From contig NC_043000.1 in NCBI RefSeq assembly GCF_006345805.1, positions 119,784,001-119,848,000 on the forward strand: a stretch of 64,000 bases of DNA. The letters are read 5' to 3'. Source of the DNA: Octopus sinensis. Taxonomy: Eukaryota. The position numbers and the translations under genes are program-made. Positions 1-11,734 of this stretch are shown here, piece by piece. The notes beneath the pieces are model-generated. The model made no database searches, was not told the DNA's origin, and saw only the letters and a program-made list of their open reading frames with translations. How positions within the stretch are numbered: the first letter of the stretch is position 1; each line of letters opens with the position of its first letter.

Positions 1-320
1 ATGACCCAGCCAACGCAGACGTCTCGTTAGGATGGCTTGTCGGAGGGAGGTGATTCTGCACTGGTGTCGCACCGAATTGTTAGAGACAAAGTGATGCCAT
101 CGGACACGAATGATGTGGCATAGATAGAGGTGATCGAAGGATTCTAGTTGCTTAATATCGGTTGACTTTGCCTTTCATCCTTTCAAGGTTAATAAAATAA
201 GTACCAGTTGAGCACTTGAAGTTGAAAATCTTTCATTATTTTTCAAGAAAAAATATTGTTTTCCAACAATTTTTCAGTGAAGAAAAAATCCCAACAAAAT
301 TCCCTTCCTTGATGGTTTAA

Positions 321-542
321 CCCCTTTGTTACTGTATTTATTTTCAGATGCTCTCTGTTTCTTTTAATTAATTCTAAATATAACAAAGAATTTAGTAAAA
401 TAACTTAGTTGTCATTCAGCCAGTGTAAGGAACATAAATTTTGACTAAGGTTTGGTGGAAGATTTTAATTCAAAACTGATGAAAACAAGACATTTGTACT
501 ACAGAGCCAGAGCCAGTTTCAGTTGGGTTGGTAACGAAAGGG
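321..542. mobile_element. TTAA-flanked MITE (piggyBac-type ends), family F
   Basis: TTAA|CCCCTTTGTTAC ... GTAACGAAAGGG|TTAA; near-identical copies at 59157 and 59409. Confidence 0.8.
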
Positions 543-804
543 TTAATTGGTGTTTTTATAAGCAAATACCCTTTTTACTCTTAATGATTGTGATATAACT
601 GTGATTACCACTTAAGCTTGTTTCAGGGCTTCCATCTATCAACTGCATTCTGTGCTCATCACTTCCGTCTTTTTGCATCTATTTGTCCTGTCCATCTTCT
701 TTCTGCTTTTGAATTTTCTCACTGTTTCTGTGACTTTTTGGATATTTCTGGCTGGAGATAATATTCTTTCTTCACTCTGCACAACATAACTTCTCAAATC
801 TGTG

Positions 805-998
805 TTTAAACTGGCCATATCCAGCCCGAATATTCTACCTGCTTTATATTCAAACCATCCAGATCTGGCCCCTCCCATCTATCCTACAATGTCATTCTAA
901 AAATAAACAATCACATTTTCAAAATCTCAAAGCTATGTGGTAATACATAATTAATTCAAAATAATATGAATAAATAAGCATTACATTTGAAGGAATAA
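805..998 (+). mobile_element. MITE family G fragment (TTAACCCTTTAGCATT-type ends in other copies)
   Basis: Shares aaactggccatatcc...ctacaatgtcattctaaaaataaacaatcac with copies at 7640, 47465, 48370 and 56373. Confidence 0.7.
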
Positions 999-1009
999 TC
1001 ATAATCAGC

Positions 1010-1320
1010 GTCATCATTTAATGTCCATTGTCCATGCTGGCATGGGTTGGATGGTTTGACCAGAGCTGCTTCAGGCTGCAGTCTGTTGTGGTATGGTTTC
1101 TACAGCTGGATGCCCTTCCTAACACCAACCACTTTACAGAATGTGCTGGGTGCTTTTGTGTGACACTGCCTGAATGCTTTTATATGGTACTGGCATAGAA
1201 CCCTTTCAGGCTGACCCTCTTCACCAGAGGGATTGGGCTTGACACTTCTGCTATGGAGGCATGGGTCTTCTTGAGTACAGCAAGGTGCCAGGCATCTCGG
1301 ACCTTTGCCATCTCGCCTTG
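1010..1320 (-). mobile_element. RTE-LINE 3' tail / RTE-tailed SINE fragment
   Basis: catcatttaatgtcc...ctacagctggatgcccttcctaac is the reverse complement of the (GAT)n-ended tail repeated many times in the window. Confidence 0.7.
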
Positions 1321-1321
1321 C

Positions 1322-1800
1322 CTCCTTTCCTTCTTGTAAAGTCTATCAATATGACTTAAGGGTGGTATAAATTATGCATTTTAAGTACCCTCCAGGTTCT
1401 TTTATCTAATTCCTGTAGTTCTGTCTTTATCCACTTTAGAAGAGATGCAGAATACTTCAACACAGGTATGGCTCACATATTGATTGACTTGATGACATTA
1501 CTTCCATTCAGTTTTGTTTTGAACACCTTTCTAATCATTCTCTTGTATTCTTTAGAATCTCTCTTTCATTTTTTTTTTTCACACTAACTTATCTTCTTGC
1601 AGCACTCCTAGAAGACATGTATTCTTCATTATCTCTCAGTGATCTAATGATATAATCCTATGATACCATCATATTTAATCTTTCAATTTTACTTCAGAAT
1701 TAGAACTGCACACTTATTCACCCCAAACTGCATGATTTTTTCCAATTCTGATTTATAGTTTCAGGTTGTCTATCTACATACAGTTGATAATTTATTTTCA
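1322..1800 (-). pseudogene. Degenerate R4/Dong-type non-LTR retrotransposon RT C-terminal/thumb fragment
   Basis: Minus-strand translation with stops and frameshifts gives MQFGVNKCAVL...KEYKRMIRKVFKTKLNGSNVIKSINM*AIPVLKYS...ELQELDKRT...MHNLYHP..IDRLY, typical of RLE-type (R4/Dong) elements. Confidence 0.8.
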
Positions 1801-1949
1801 TCTTGGTTTTAGCAGTCTGGATTTTCTCAATATGCTTATCATAAAAATTAATGCAATCATGAAAAATAATGGAGAGAAAGAGAGAGAGAGAGAGAGAGTG
1901 AGTGAGTGTACCTGAAAATATCTCCCTCTATATTTTCACACTTCCTAAT

Positions 1950-2125
1950 TTCCCATAATCTCATTCTGGGTTTGTCACCATTAACAGGGGTGGCCGGATA
2001 TACCTCACTCCTACAGCAGCCGCTCTCACTCCATCTCACCATATCACCCGGTTTTGGGTGTCCTCCTTCCTCAAGCCAACCCTCCCAATCTGTCTGCTCC
2101 ACCTGTCCCCTCCATGTCTTTTTTA
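1950..2125 (-). mobile_element. 3' end of an RTE-clade LINE (different family from the main one)
   Basis: Minus ORF KKTWRGQVEQ... followed by atccggccacccctgttaatggtgacaaacc, a typical RTE 3' terminus. Confidence 0.6.
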
Positions 2126-2149
2126 ATTTCTCTTCTAAAAATATAAAAA

Positions 2150-2612
2150 TCGAAATCAAACTCGGTGACTGGCATTCGTTGCTAGTGGAGTGCTAAGTGT
2201 ACCATACGAGTGAGATCGTTGCCAGAGCAACAAGCTGGCCTCCATGCCGATGGCATGTTAAAAACACCGTTTGAGCGTGATCTTAACTTGCGTCGCCTTA
2301 CTAGCACTTGTGCTGGTGGCATGTGAAAAAAAAACATTCGTGGGAGGTCGTTGCCAGTGCTGCTGGACTGGCTCCTGTGTAGGTGGCACATAAAAAACAC
2401 CATTTGAGCGTGGCCGTTGCCAGTACCATCTAACTGGCCCTCGTGCACCCACTACACTCTCGGAGTGGTTGGCGTTAGGAAAGGCATCCAGCTGTAGAAA
2501 TTCTGCCAGATCAGACTGGAGTCTGGTGCAGCCATCTGGTTCGCCAGACCTCAGTCATATCGTCCAACCCATGCTAGCATGGAAAGCGGATGTTAAACGA
2601 TGATGATGATGA
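2150..2612 (+). mobile_element. RTE 3' UTR/tail element ending in (GAT)n
   Basis: Modules ...taaaaaacacc...; cccactacactctcggagtggttggcgttagg...gttaaacgatgatgatgat. Confidence 0.8.
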
Positions 2613-2867
2613 TGGTGGTGGCGGTGGTGTTGTCTCCTCCTCCTCATTGACTTCTAGCATTTCTAGCCAACAACATGGTTTATTATTATCTACTTTCTAA
2701 CCCACAGCTAAGTTCTTTCTTACTCATACTTCACTTGGCATTATGCTATTGATATACAATAGACCAGCACTCCCTTGTGATTTCTTTATGCATTCTTTTT
2801 CTACCTCTGTTTACAGATTCTTCTTCTCCAGAAAGCTTATATAATTCATCTGCGATGAGGCCAGTTG

Positions 2868-3515
2868 GGGACGGTGCATGGCTTAATGGTTAGGGTATTT
2901 AACACAGGGTTGTAAGATTGTGAGTTTGATTCCTGGTGGAATGTTGTGTCCTTGATCAAGACACTGTGAAGGTGCATGGCTCAGTGGTTAGAGCGTTGAG
3001 CTTGTGATCGTGAGGTTGTGAGTTCAAATCCCGGACCAGTCTGCATGTTGTGTTTTTGAGCAAGACACTTTATATCACGTTGCTCCAGTTCACTCAGCTG
3101 TAGAAATGAGTTGCGATGTCACAGGTGCCAAGCTGTATTGGCTGTTGTCTTTCCCTTGGATAACACTGGTGGTGTGGAGAGGGGAGGCTGGTATGCATGG
3201 ACGACTGTGCCTCGGAGGGTAACTTTCTAGGTGCTATCCCACGGTCAGTCATGACCGAAGGAGATGTCAGCTCAGATCAAGACACTATATTGCACGTTGC
3301 TCCAGTACACTCAGCTGGCAAAAATGAGTAGTACCTGTATTTGAAAGGGTCAGCCTTATCACATTTTGTCTCATGATAAATCTCCCCGAGAACTACTTTA
3401 AAAATATGCACGATCCATGGAGTGCTCAACCACTTGCTCTTTAATTTCATGAGCAGACTGTTCAGTTCATTGGATCAACTGGAACCCTTGTCATCATAAC
3501 CGATGGAGCACCAGT
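2868..3515 (+). mobile_element. tRNA-derived SINE (family E) interrupted by a nested SINE
   Basis: A-box tggcttaatggttaggg and B-box gagtttgattcc; body resumes after 3275. Confidence 0.7.
2966..3274 (+). mobile_element. tRNA-derived SINE (family D) nested in SINE E
   Basis: tggctcagtggttagagc / gagttcaaatccc boxes; 12-bp TSD gatcaagacact at 2954-2965 and 3275-3286. Confidence 0.8.
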
Positions 3516-3579
3516 TAAAATGAGGCCAGTTAATAATTTTTAGAGCAATGGTAAGCATGTAATAAGCCTATAATTACTG

Positions 3580-4200
3580 ACTTCTCTTGCCTTTCCTTTG
3601 TTTTTGTATTAACACTGTCTTTCCTTGTGTCAAGAACGTTATTTTATCAAGATCAATCTCCACTTCAGTATTGCCACTAAATTCTCTTACTGTAATTAAA
3701 AGCCATTCCAGTTGTTGATCTCCTTTCATGAAAAGCTTCAGATCATTGATATCAAAGGAGGTGATTGATTGATCTGTCATATATTCTGTATTCATGTCTG
3801 ATGTCATTTAGCACCTAACTTGGGGAAACGACTGCTATGTAAGAGAGAATTGGTGATAGAGCATCACTTTGAAAAATGCCGCAGTTCATATCAATTTCAC
3901 AGATGTTCACAGTATTTGCCTCTGAATCCAGAGAGTTATATTTGACAGAAAATTACCAATAACCAGAGAGATTTTATATATTTCCAAGTATTTCTCAATC
4001 CATCCATGGAGCAGATTATCAAACATTTTTTTTTCTTATAGTTCATGCAATGTAAAAATTGTGTCATTTGTGGCAGTCCTTTAGAATAATTTTCTTGGTT
4101 AAAAGCTGGTCTTTGCACCCATACAAGCCACATTTGTATCTTTGCCGTTCACTGGGGAATATCTTGTTATCCATCATGAAGATATGTGTAGAGTCAGTAA
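3580..4200 (-). pseudogene. Degenerate R4/Dong-type retrotransposon RT core fragment
   Basis: Minus strand: NYKK..FDNLLHGWIEKYLEIYKI (~4040-3970), GDALSP (~3867-3850), DLKLFMKGDQQLEWLLITVREFS...EIDLDK (ORF 3574-3807). These correspond to DYKKAFDSVPHSW / GDSLSP / YMDDLKL...F.LDK. Confidence 0.8.
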
Positions 4201-4382
4201 TGATTGGATGTTAGTATTTTATACATGGTTTGAAGACATGTCATTGGTTGATGGTTTTGGTATTACATGAGTTTCAATACTTTTTGGGAGCTATTTCAGA
4301 ATGTTAAGACAGTCTGCATTACCATTTTCTAGTTTCAACATTTTATTCTAGCTTTTTAAGCACCTTTCTTCACTGCTCTCTC

Positions 4383-4518
4383 ATGTGTGTGTGTGTCTGT
4401 GTGTACACATGCATATATGTATATATTTTTGTGTATGTATGTATAATATATATGTATATACACGTATGTATGTGTATATCTATCTATCTATCTATCTGTC
4501 TATCTATTTATTTATCTA

Positions 4519-4549
<31 letters not shown>

Positions 4550-4558
4550 ATATATATA

Positions 4559-4607
<49 letters not shown>
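4383..4607. repeat. Compound microsatellite (TG)/(TATC)n/(TA)n
   Basis: Directly visible; source of the Y/I-rich ORFs. Confidence 0.95.
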
Positions 4608-4612
<5 letters not shown>

Positions 4613-5227
4613 TACAAATATATAAATATAATATCATTATATACATTATTCGTATGTATATTGTCATTCTCCATGTAATCCAGTTAGTCACTTACACATG
4701 AAACACAGTTATTCTGTATTGAAATGAATTACTTGTATAGTTGACTTAGAATAATCTCCATGTTGATACCAGGCTTCGATATGTGTACAATGCATAAACA
4801 AAACCTATAAGATTTGTATTTGAGTGCATTTTTGGTATATGGTATAATCCAGTTCAATTCAATTCTGTATGTTGTCTGTATGAGTATATATGGATACAGT
4901 GAACATATTTGTTGCTACCTAAGTTTAAATTTTAGCAACAAAGAAACTGTATCTGATATATCAAGAATAATTGACTATAATAAAGGTAAAATAAAATAGT
5001 ACTGTAATATTATAATTACAATGGGATTGAACCTGGAGCCAGGTGGTTGCAAAGTGAACGCCTTAACCACAGCGCTGTGCCTGCAGCTTATATTATTTAA
5101 AAGTACCCTTCAATCATTGGGCAATATGTTGTGCTTGAGAAGACCTGTTGAGTCAAGCGAAATCGTAGTTGTGGCCAATGTCAGTGCTGCCTGACTGGCT
5201 CTGGTGCTGGTGGCATGTAAAAAGCAC

Positions 5228-5707
5228 ACATACAGCATCTCGAAAGAGTCCAGAAGCTGGCTACCCGCATGGTTCATGGTCTCAAAAATTTGTCCTACGA
5301 AGAAAGGCTGAGGACGCTCGACCTTTATTCTCTTGAAAAACGCCGCCGCCGTGGTGATCTCATTCTCGCCCACAACATCATAAGCGGAAAGTGTAACCTC
5401 TCGAAAGAGCTGTTCTTCACTCCTGCTCCAGAGCGTCGGCTGCGGGGTCATTCCGAAAAGCTCTACCTGCGACGATTTCATCTCAATCGAAGGAGAGGAG
5501 CTTTCTCCGTCCGGGTTGCGGATCCATGGAACAAGCTGCCAGACGAGATAGTGAAGATGCCGACGACCGCTTTGTTCAAAGCCTCCCTTGACCTCAAGTG
5601 GCCTGAACTCTTTACATGAACACCACCCTGTACTTAACTCCATGTCCCCCTACATGGCCTTGCTATTTGCTTTTGAGCCAAATTAACTAACTAACTAACT
5701 AACTAAC
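5228..5707 (+). mobile_element. 5'-truncated CR1-group LINE 3' end with open ORF2 C-terminus and (TAAC)n tail, inserted into an RTE tail element
   Basis: IQHLERVQKLATRMVHGLKNLSYEERL...LEKRRRRGDLI...RGHSEKL...FSVRVADPWNKLP; tail taactaactaac. The host module aaaagcac|catttgagc is split around it. Confidence 0.9.
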
Positions 5708-5974
5708 CATTTGAGCATGGTCGATGCCAATGCTGTAGAAACCATGACAAACAAGACTGGAACCTGGTGCAGATCCCCAGCTTGCCAGCTCTGGTCAAAC
5801 CATCCAACCCATGCCAGTTAAATGATGATGATGTGGTTGATATGTATGTAAGCAGCACACATATAAACATCTTAGAGCACGTCCAAAGAATATTTGCTAT
5901 ATTGAGTAGATGTATTGGTTATAGGGTATTGTCAGTGATGGTATGGTTTAGTATTTGCAGTGAAAACCGTATTA

Positions 5975-6135
5975 GAAGTTATTGAGAAAGGAATGAGATT
6001 CAAGGTGTTGGGGAAGAGTGTTATCAATGGCTGTTTCTATCATCTTTGAAGTGTTCGAAATGAGTGCAATAGAATGACAGTTAACAGGTTTAGAGGAGAA
6101 GGAGAGATTTCCCTTTTGGGAATGGCCCACATTGT
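5975..6135 (-). pseudogene. Old CR1/L2-group RT N-terminal fragment
   Basis: QKGNLS...VNCHSIALISNTSKMIETAIDNTLPQHLESH resembles KKG..S...NYRPISLTS..SK.ME......L..HLE. Confidence 0.6.
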
Positions 6136-7266
6136 AGCATCTTCCCAAATATTTAGGTAGGTATCTTGGGGGAGGGATAGGGAGAGGGAACTTCATGCCT
6201 TAAAAACAAAAACAATTCCCCAAATATTGTTACTTCTAGCAGATATGTTCCCTTTGTTTTCATATATTTATCATAATACAGGTGACTTGCCCTGTGACAG
6301 AGGTAAGCTCCCAGCTGATTGAGTTTGTAAATTGGTTTCAGTCCTCGGATGAAGCTATTTCATTTCATCTTCATCACTGTTGCTCTTGAGAAAAGCATAA
6401 ACATGGCAAAATCTCAACTTTATTTTCGCAAGTGTGAGGTGTCGTATTTACACATGAAATCTATATGTAACTCATATACATTTCTGTATTAGAGAAACAG
6501 TCAGTTATCAAAACATTAAAAATCCTCTGGGTGTACGGTTAATCTTTGTCAATAAGGTGTGTATGAATCTAATATGCAATAATTACAGTATTAACAACGT
6601 CAGCAGTTAGAATGTCAAGATTGATCTGCTTAAATTGTTGAATTTGTAAGCAAACAAGCCAAGCAATTCAGTAAAGGACTGCAAATTTAATGGAGATTTC
6701 AGATAAATGCATTAAAAGAGATAACAAAATATAATTGAGACAGTTTCTAAGAAAACTCAGATACTTGTGTTTCTCTTCTATTAAATCTGAGATAATAGTC
6801 ACATCTGCTGCACTAAGAAGTTTAATACAAAATAAACTAGTGTTATTGTAATAAGAGCGAGGTCTGCGATTTATTTACTGGCTATTGTTCTTCTAATCCT
6901 TTTTCAATGTAAAGAATAGGTATTTTGTTGAATTGTGTGCCAAAAGTGAGACACAGTTAGACCATTAAAACCATTAAATGTTGGCAGGAAGGTTGGAAAC
7001 AAAGAAGCAATGTTTGAACTTCTGAGATTTACTGCAAATAATGATGTGAGAAATTTGACTGGAGATTAGCGTAGTTTGTTGCTACATTCAAGAGAAAGGC
7101 CACACAAACTGGTTTGCATATGTAATGCAAAAGTCAGTGAGAGACTGACTGAGATTTTTTCCTGTTGCTTGGTCAGTTTTACAAGGAATTGTCTGTGTCC
7201 ATGATCTCACTGGCCTTTAGAAACATACGAGATCAATATGGATCAACAAATCATGCATTATTTTGT

Positions 7267-7503
7267 TATTTCTTTATTGCCCACAAGGGGCTAAACATAG
7301 AGAGGGAACAAACAAGGACAGACAAAGGGATTAAGTCGATTACATCAACCCAAGTGCGTAACTGGTATTTCATTTATCAACCTCGAAAGGATGAAAAGCA
7401 AAGTTGACCTCAGCGGAATTTGAACTCAGAACGTAACAGCAGACGAAATACCGCTAAGCATTTCGCCTGGCGCGCTGACGCTTCTGCCAGCTTGCTGCCT
7501 TAT
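7267..7503 (-). mobile_element. tRNA-derived SINE family B
   Basis: Reverse-complement head ggcagaagcgtcagc...gagttcaaattcc; 18-bp TSD aatc(a/g)tgcattattttgt at 7249-7266 and 7504-7521. Confidence 0.85.
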
Positions 7504-7810
7504 AATCGTGCATTATTTTGTAACTTTGAGATTTTGATGAGCTAACAGTTAATTTTTAGAATGATATTGTAGGATTGGTGAGAAAGGTCAGATCTGACCA
7601 GTTTGACCATAAAACGAGTAGAATATTTTGAATACTAAATGGTTAAACTGACCATATGTGACCAGAATATTCTGTTTTATGTTCAAAATGCCCAGATCCA
7701 GCCTCTCACACCTACCCTACAATGTCATTCTAAAAATAAACAATCACATCATAAAACTTCTGAAAGCTATGGAATAATGCATGATTAATACAAAATAATG
7801 TGGATAAAGT
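7504..7810. mobile_element. Two MITE family G pieces in inverted (head-to-head) orientation; the + copy resumes at 8688-8728
   Basis: tttttagaatgatattgtagg vs cctacaatgtcattctaaaaa; terminal aatgctaaagggttaa at ~8713-8728. Confidence 0.65.
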
Positions 7811-8115
7811 AAACAGGAATGGCTGTGTCGGAAGAAGCTTGCTTCCCAGCCACATGGTTCTGGGTTCAGTCCCATTGTGTGGCACTTTGGGCAAGTGTCT
7901 TCTACTGTTGCCTCGGGCCAACCAAAGCCTTGTGAATGGATTTGGTAGATGGAAACTGAATGAAGCTCATTGTGTATATGTATATATATATATATATATA
8001 TATGTATTTGTATGCTTGTGTTTGTACCCCCACCATTGCTTGACAACTAATATTGGTGTGTTTACGTCCCTGTAACTTAGTGGTTTGGCAAAAAGTGACT
8101 GATAGAATAAGTACT

Positions 8116-8316
8116 AGGAATTATGTACACTATTTACATTATTTGCATTTGATGGATATTTGTCCTCATCTTGTTTGTTGTTAACACAACATTTCGGCTG
8201 ATATACCCTCCAGCCTTCATCAGGTGTCTTGGGGAAATTTCGAACCTGGGTTCTCATTCCTGAGGTATTTTTCGATGTCATTATTATTATCATTATTCAG
8301 GTCATTGCCTGGAATC
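8116..8316 (-). mobile_element. 5'-truncated copy of a hammerhead-bearing short retroelement
   Basis: Reverse complement of 8400-8601 at roughly 90% identity. Confidence 0.85.
8183..8228 (-). ncRNA. Minimal type-I hammerhead ribozyme motif
   Basis: Reverse complement: GACAC-CUGAUGA-A-GGCUG(loop 10)CAGCC-GAAA-UGUU-GUGUU. Stem I 5 bp, stem II 5 bp, intact core; stem III AUGU (likely CpG-decayed ACGU palindrome). Confidence 0.75.
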
Positions 8317-8343
8317 TGTTTTTCCCCCCCACCCCCCACCCAT

Positions 8344-8414
8344 AGGCATATGGCATAGTGGTTAAGAGCAAGGGCTACTAACCCTAGGATTCCGAGTTTG
8401 ATTTCAGGCAGTGA

Positions 8415-8449
<35 letters not shown>

Positions 8450-8601
8450 TCGAAAAAATATCTTAGGAATGAGAACCCAGGTTTGAAATTTTCCCAAAAC
8501 ACCTGATTATGGCTGGAGGGTATATCAGTTGAAATGTTGTGTTAACAACAAACAAGATGAGGACAAATATCCGTCAAATGTAAATAATATAAATAATGTA
8601 C
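8344..8601 (+). mobile_element. Full copy of tRNA-headed, (AAT)n-containing, hammerhead-bearing short retroelement
   Basis: A-box TGGCATAGTGG 8351-8361, B-box-like GAGTTTGATTTC 8394-8405, (AAT)n 8419-8448; mutated ribozyme core CTGATTA..GAAA at 8503-8534. Confidence 0.8.
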
Positions 8602-8756
8602 GGAAAACAAGTCCTCAGGTCGATTTGTTCGACTAAAAGTGGTGCTGCAGCATGGCCGCAGTCAAATGACTGAAAGAAGAAAAAAAGAATTACAGTCGAC
8701 AGAGTAATCTGAATGCTAAAGGGTTAAGCTTTGATGCAAAATTGGATATTAACCCA

Positions 8757-8945
8757 TCATCATCACCGTTTAACATCCGCTTTCCATGCTAGCATGGGTT
8801 GGATGATTTGACTGAGGACTGGCGAACCAGATGGCTGCACCAAGCTCCAATCTGATCTGGCAGAGTTTCTACAGCTTGATACCCTTCCGAATGCCAAGCA
8901 CTCCGAGAGTGTAGTGGGTGCTTTTATGTGCCACTGGCACAAGGG
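8757..8945 (-). mobile_element. RTE 3' tail fragment
   Basis: catcatcaccgtttaacatccgc...gagagtgtagtgggtgc. Confidence 0.8.
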
Positions 8946-10318
8946 CTCAGTATATGTTAATTAGAGTAAGAAGTTACTTTCGTACAGCCATTCTTAAACC
9001 ACCTATTTGGCATTGCTGATTTGATGCTGACTTATTTGACATCAGATTTTCCCAGAACTTTCTGATCAGTAACTGGTATTGTCATTATTTTTGCCATCAT
9101 TATTATATTTATACCCATTTTTCTGTGTTGGCAAATTTGGATGGGACATTTGGGACAGTATTTTATGGTTACATACCTTTCCTCATACAACGTGCTGCGA
9201 AACAGTTTAACTATTCTAAAATTCAGAATATACATGGAGACAATTCTACAAAATTGGTTCTACTCATGTATCTTGGATGGTGTTGCTGTTATGCGTACAA
9301 ATGTCCTTAGGGTACAATCATAATGAGGTCATCTAATTCACTGACAAACCACAAAATGTGCTATGCTGTCTATACCTCTTCCACCAAAGCCCACTTGAGA
9401 TACCATTTCTGCATTCCCCACTTCCAGGTTTCAACTCCCACCCTCAACTTTATCAATCCATCCTTCCTCCATAGAACTGTGATTCCAGGAATTGCTTATC
9501 AGCTCATATTTTTCCAACTGACATCAATCTCAGATAGTCAGACTGAACTAAACTTGCCATTGATCTCACCAATCTAATAATGCCCACAAAAGTTATTGGC
9601 ACTGCTACTCCTCTTTTGACTATACTATGAAAGAAACAGCTTCAAAGATTTAGGAACTGCAATTGCAGCTTTGGGAAATATGGAAGCAATGGATGTTCTG
9701 CTGAGTTTGATAATAACTTTCTATTATCTGCATTTATAGATTATTTGAACAATAGGCTGTTCCATTGATAGTTACAACTATTTGCTCCAAGTTAGAGAAA
9801 TTGGTGCCATATAAATGGTTAGTTCATATGTGAGATGGATTATAAATATTTTCAGAGCTTTTAAATCATATTGAACTTTGATCTCAGTTTGTTTAGCTGT
9901 TTGGAGGCAAGTGTTGGAAAAGTAGGTACTTTGACTGTGTTAAGAAGTATTGACAAACATCTTCAATGAAAGGAGGTTTTATAAAAGACTTAGGTAGGAT
10001 AAAGTTAGCATTAAGTTACCATTGTGTTCTATTGTGATCATATATATTTGTTCGTTTTATTTATGTATGTTTTTTGAAAGAGCGGGGATAAATTTGAGGG
10101 AGATTTGGCTACTGTTGTTAGCATGTTAAACATCTGTAACTTCTTCATTAAGAGAATCCACTTAGGTGGAATAAAGTTGGCCTTAAATTATCATTGCCTT
10201 CTACTGAGATCATATATATATATATATATATAAAATTAAATAAGGGTAGAAGTGGATATTAATCGATTTAAACCAGTGGCCTAGTATATTTAAAAAAATC
10301 CGAAGATTAAAAATTTTG

Positions 10319-10370
<52 letters not shown>

Positions 10371-10386
10371 ATACATATATATATAA

Positions 10387-11624
10387 AAGGTTGTTTCACA
10401 TGAAATGTTGCATTTTTGATTACTTGTTATTTCAGTTATTTAAAAACTCAATTATGTATGCCTTGCCTTTAATCTTGACTCGTTTTCTTTCCCAACAATA
10501 TTGGTATACAAAATTCATACCTACAGACCTTATGAAAATGATAACAACCAAAATATGTTGAGTGATTTTCTCGTATAAGTAAAAACTGGGTCACACTGCT
10601 GCAGAAGCTCGATGGAATATCAAGCAGGCCTTTGGTAATGGTTTTGTTGACATCAGAACTGTTCAGAGATGGTTCCAAAGCTCTCATTCAGGAAATGATA
10701 GCCTTGAAAATAAACCAAGGGTTTAGGCCAAAATCAGTTATTTGGGCATGATGGATTAAATGCTTTGGTTGAACAAAATCCAAGAATAAAGGTTGAAACA
10801 TCTCGCAAAACTGTTTTTGGACATGTGTAAAAAATTGGAAAAGTCAAGAAAATGGATAGGTTTGTTCCACATCAACTGAACACGATTAAAAAAAAAAACA
10901 GATGCCTCGAAGTGTGTTCCTTATTGCTTTCTTGACTGGAAAAAAGACCATTTTTTGCATCAAATCATTCCTTGTGATGAGAAATGGATACTCTTTGACA
11001 ACAGCAGGAGAATAGGACAGTGATTAGATGCAGGAGAGTCACCTAAACACTACCCAAACCCACCATTGCATCCTAAAATGTTAGTGGTTATTGTATGGTG
11101 GTCTGCGAAGGGAGTTATTCGTTATTCATTTTTGCAACAAGGAAAAACGGTAACAGCAACATCATATTTCCAGGAAATTGATTGTATGCTTGAAAATTTG
11201 AAAAAGAAGCAACCCAGACTAGTAAATAGAGATGACCCAATTTTGCTCCATGACAATGCGCGTTTTCATGCTCCTCAAGCTATGGTCCAAAAGTTGCGAA
11301 GCCTGAATTATGAGATTTTGCAACATCCTCCCTATTCTTCTGATATCTCTCCCACTGATCATCACTTATTTAAAGCATTTGGAGCTTTTCATAAGCAATA
11401 AAACATTCTTAAATAGAGAAAAGGTAACTGAAGCATTCAGACAGTTTATCACAGTAAAAGATGAATTTTTTTCTTAAAAGATAGAATATATGACAAAAAA
11501 AACGTTGGCGAAACACCATAAATGAACATGGATCATACTTTGATTAAATAAATCAGTTCTCTAACACTTCTGAAACATTTTATTGTTACCTTTCAAATAC
11601 GAAATTTCATGTGAAACAACCTAA
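10387..11624 (+). mobile_element. Full-length non-functional mariner (Tc1/mariner) DNA transposon
   Basis: TIRs aggttgtttcacatgaaat (10388-10406) / atttcatgtgaaacaacct (11604-11622), embedded in TA runs; ~1.24 kb. Confidence 0.92.
10532..11547 (+). pseudogene. Mariner D,D34D transposase pseudogene
   Basis: KLGHTAAEA...RTVQRWF; CDEKW (10973); HDNAR (11249); SPTDHHLF with 34 residues between the 2nd and 3rd Asp; ends GSYFD*; several stops and frameshifts. Confidence 0.92.
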
Positions 11625-11734
11625 TATATAAAAGAAGGAAATGGAGATTGGGAAGTTAATAAGTGTTTATCATTAACAGCAGATTAATCATCTTCACTTA
11701 GGTTAACACAACCTCAAATCGAATATATATATAT

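Larger units (their letters stand above)
7817..8690 (+). mobile_element. SINE family A (tRNA head, central (TA/TG)n) split by an insertion at 8119-8601
   Basis: Consensus gatagaataagtactagg|...aagtcct..ggtcgatttg is broken at 8118/8602. Confidence 0.8.

Noticed and set aside
1322-4200. Single R4/Dong element split by later insertions
   Set aside because: Both fragments cover the YMDD/FGLDK region, so they are separate copies.
4936-4985. Possible PNPT1 exon resembling LAMERLYAVF (ATKKLYLIYQE)
   Set aside because: In-frame TAA in that frame, and the splice phases do not fit.
8344-8410. Functional tRNA genes (here and in the SINE heads)
   Set aside because: Cloverleaves are incomplete or mismatched and continue into repeat bodies, so they are SINE heads or pseudogenes.
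9330-9980. Possible old CR1/L2 3' fragments (also 30650-31260 and 63400-63750)
   Set aside because: Similarity by eye is too weak to assign without a profile search.
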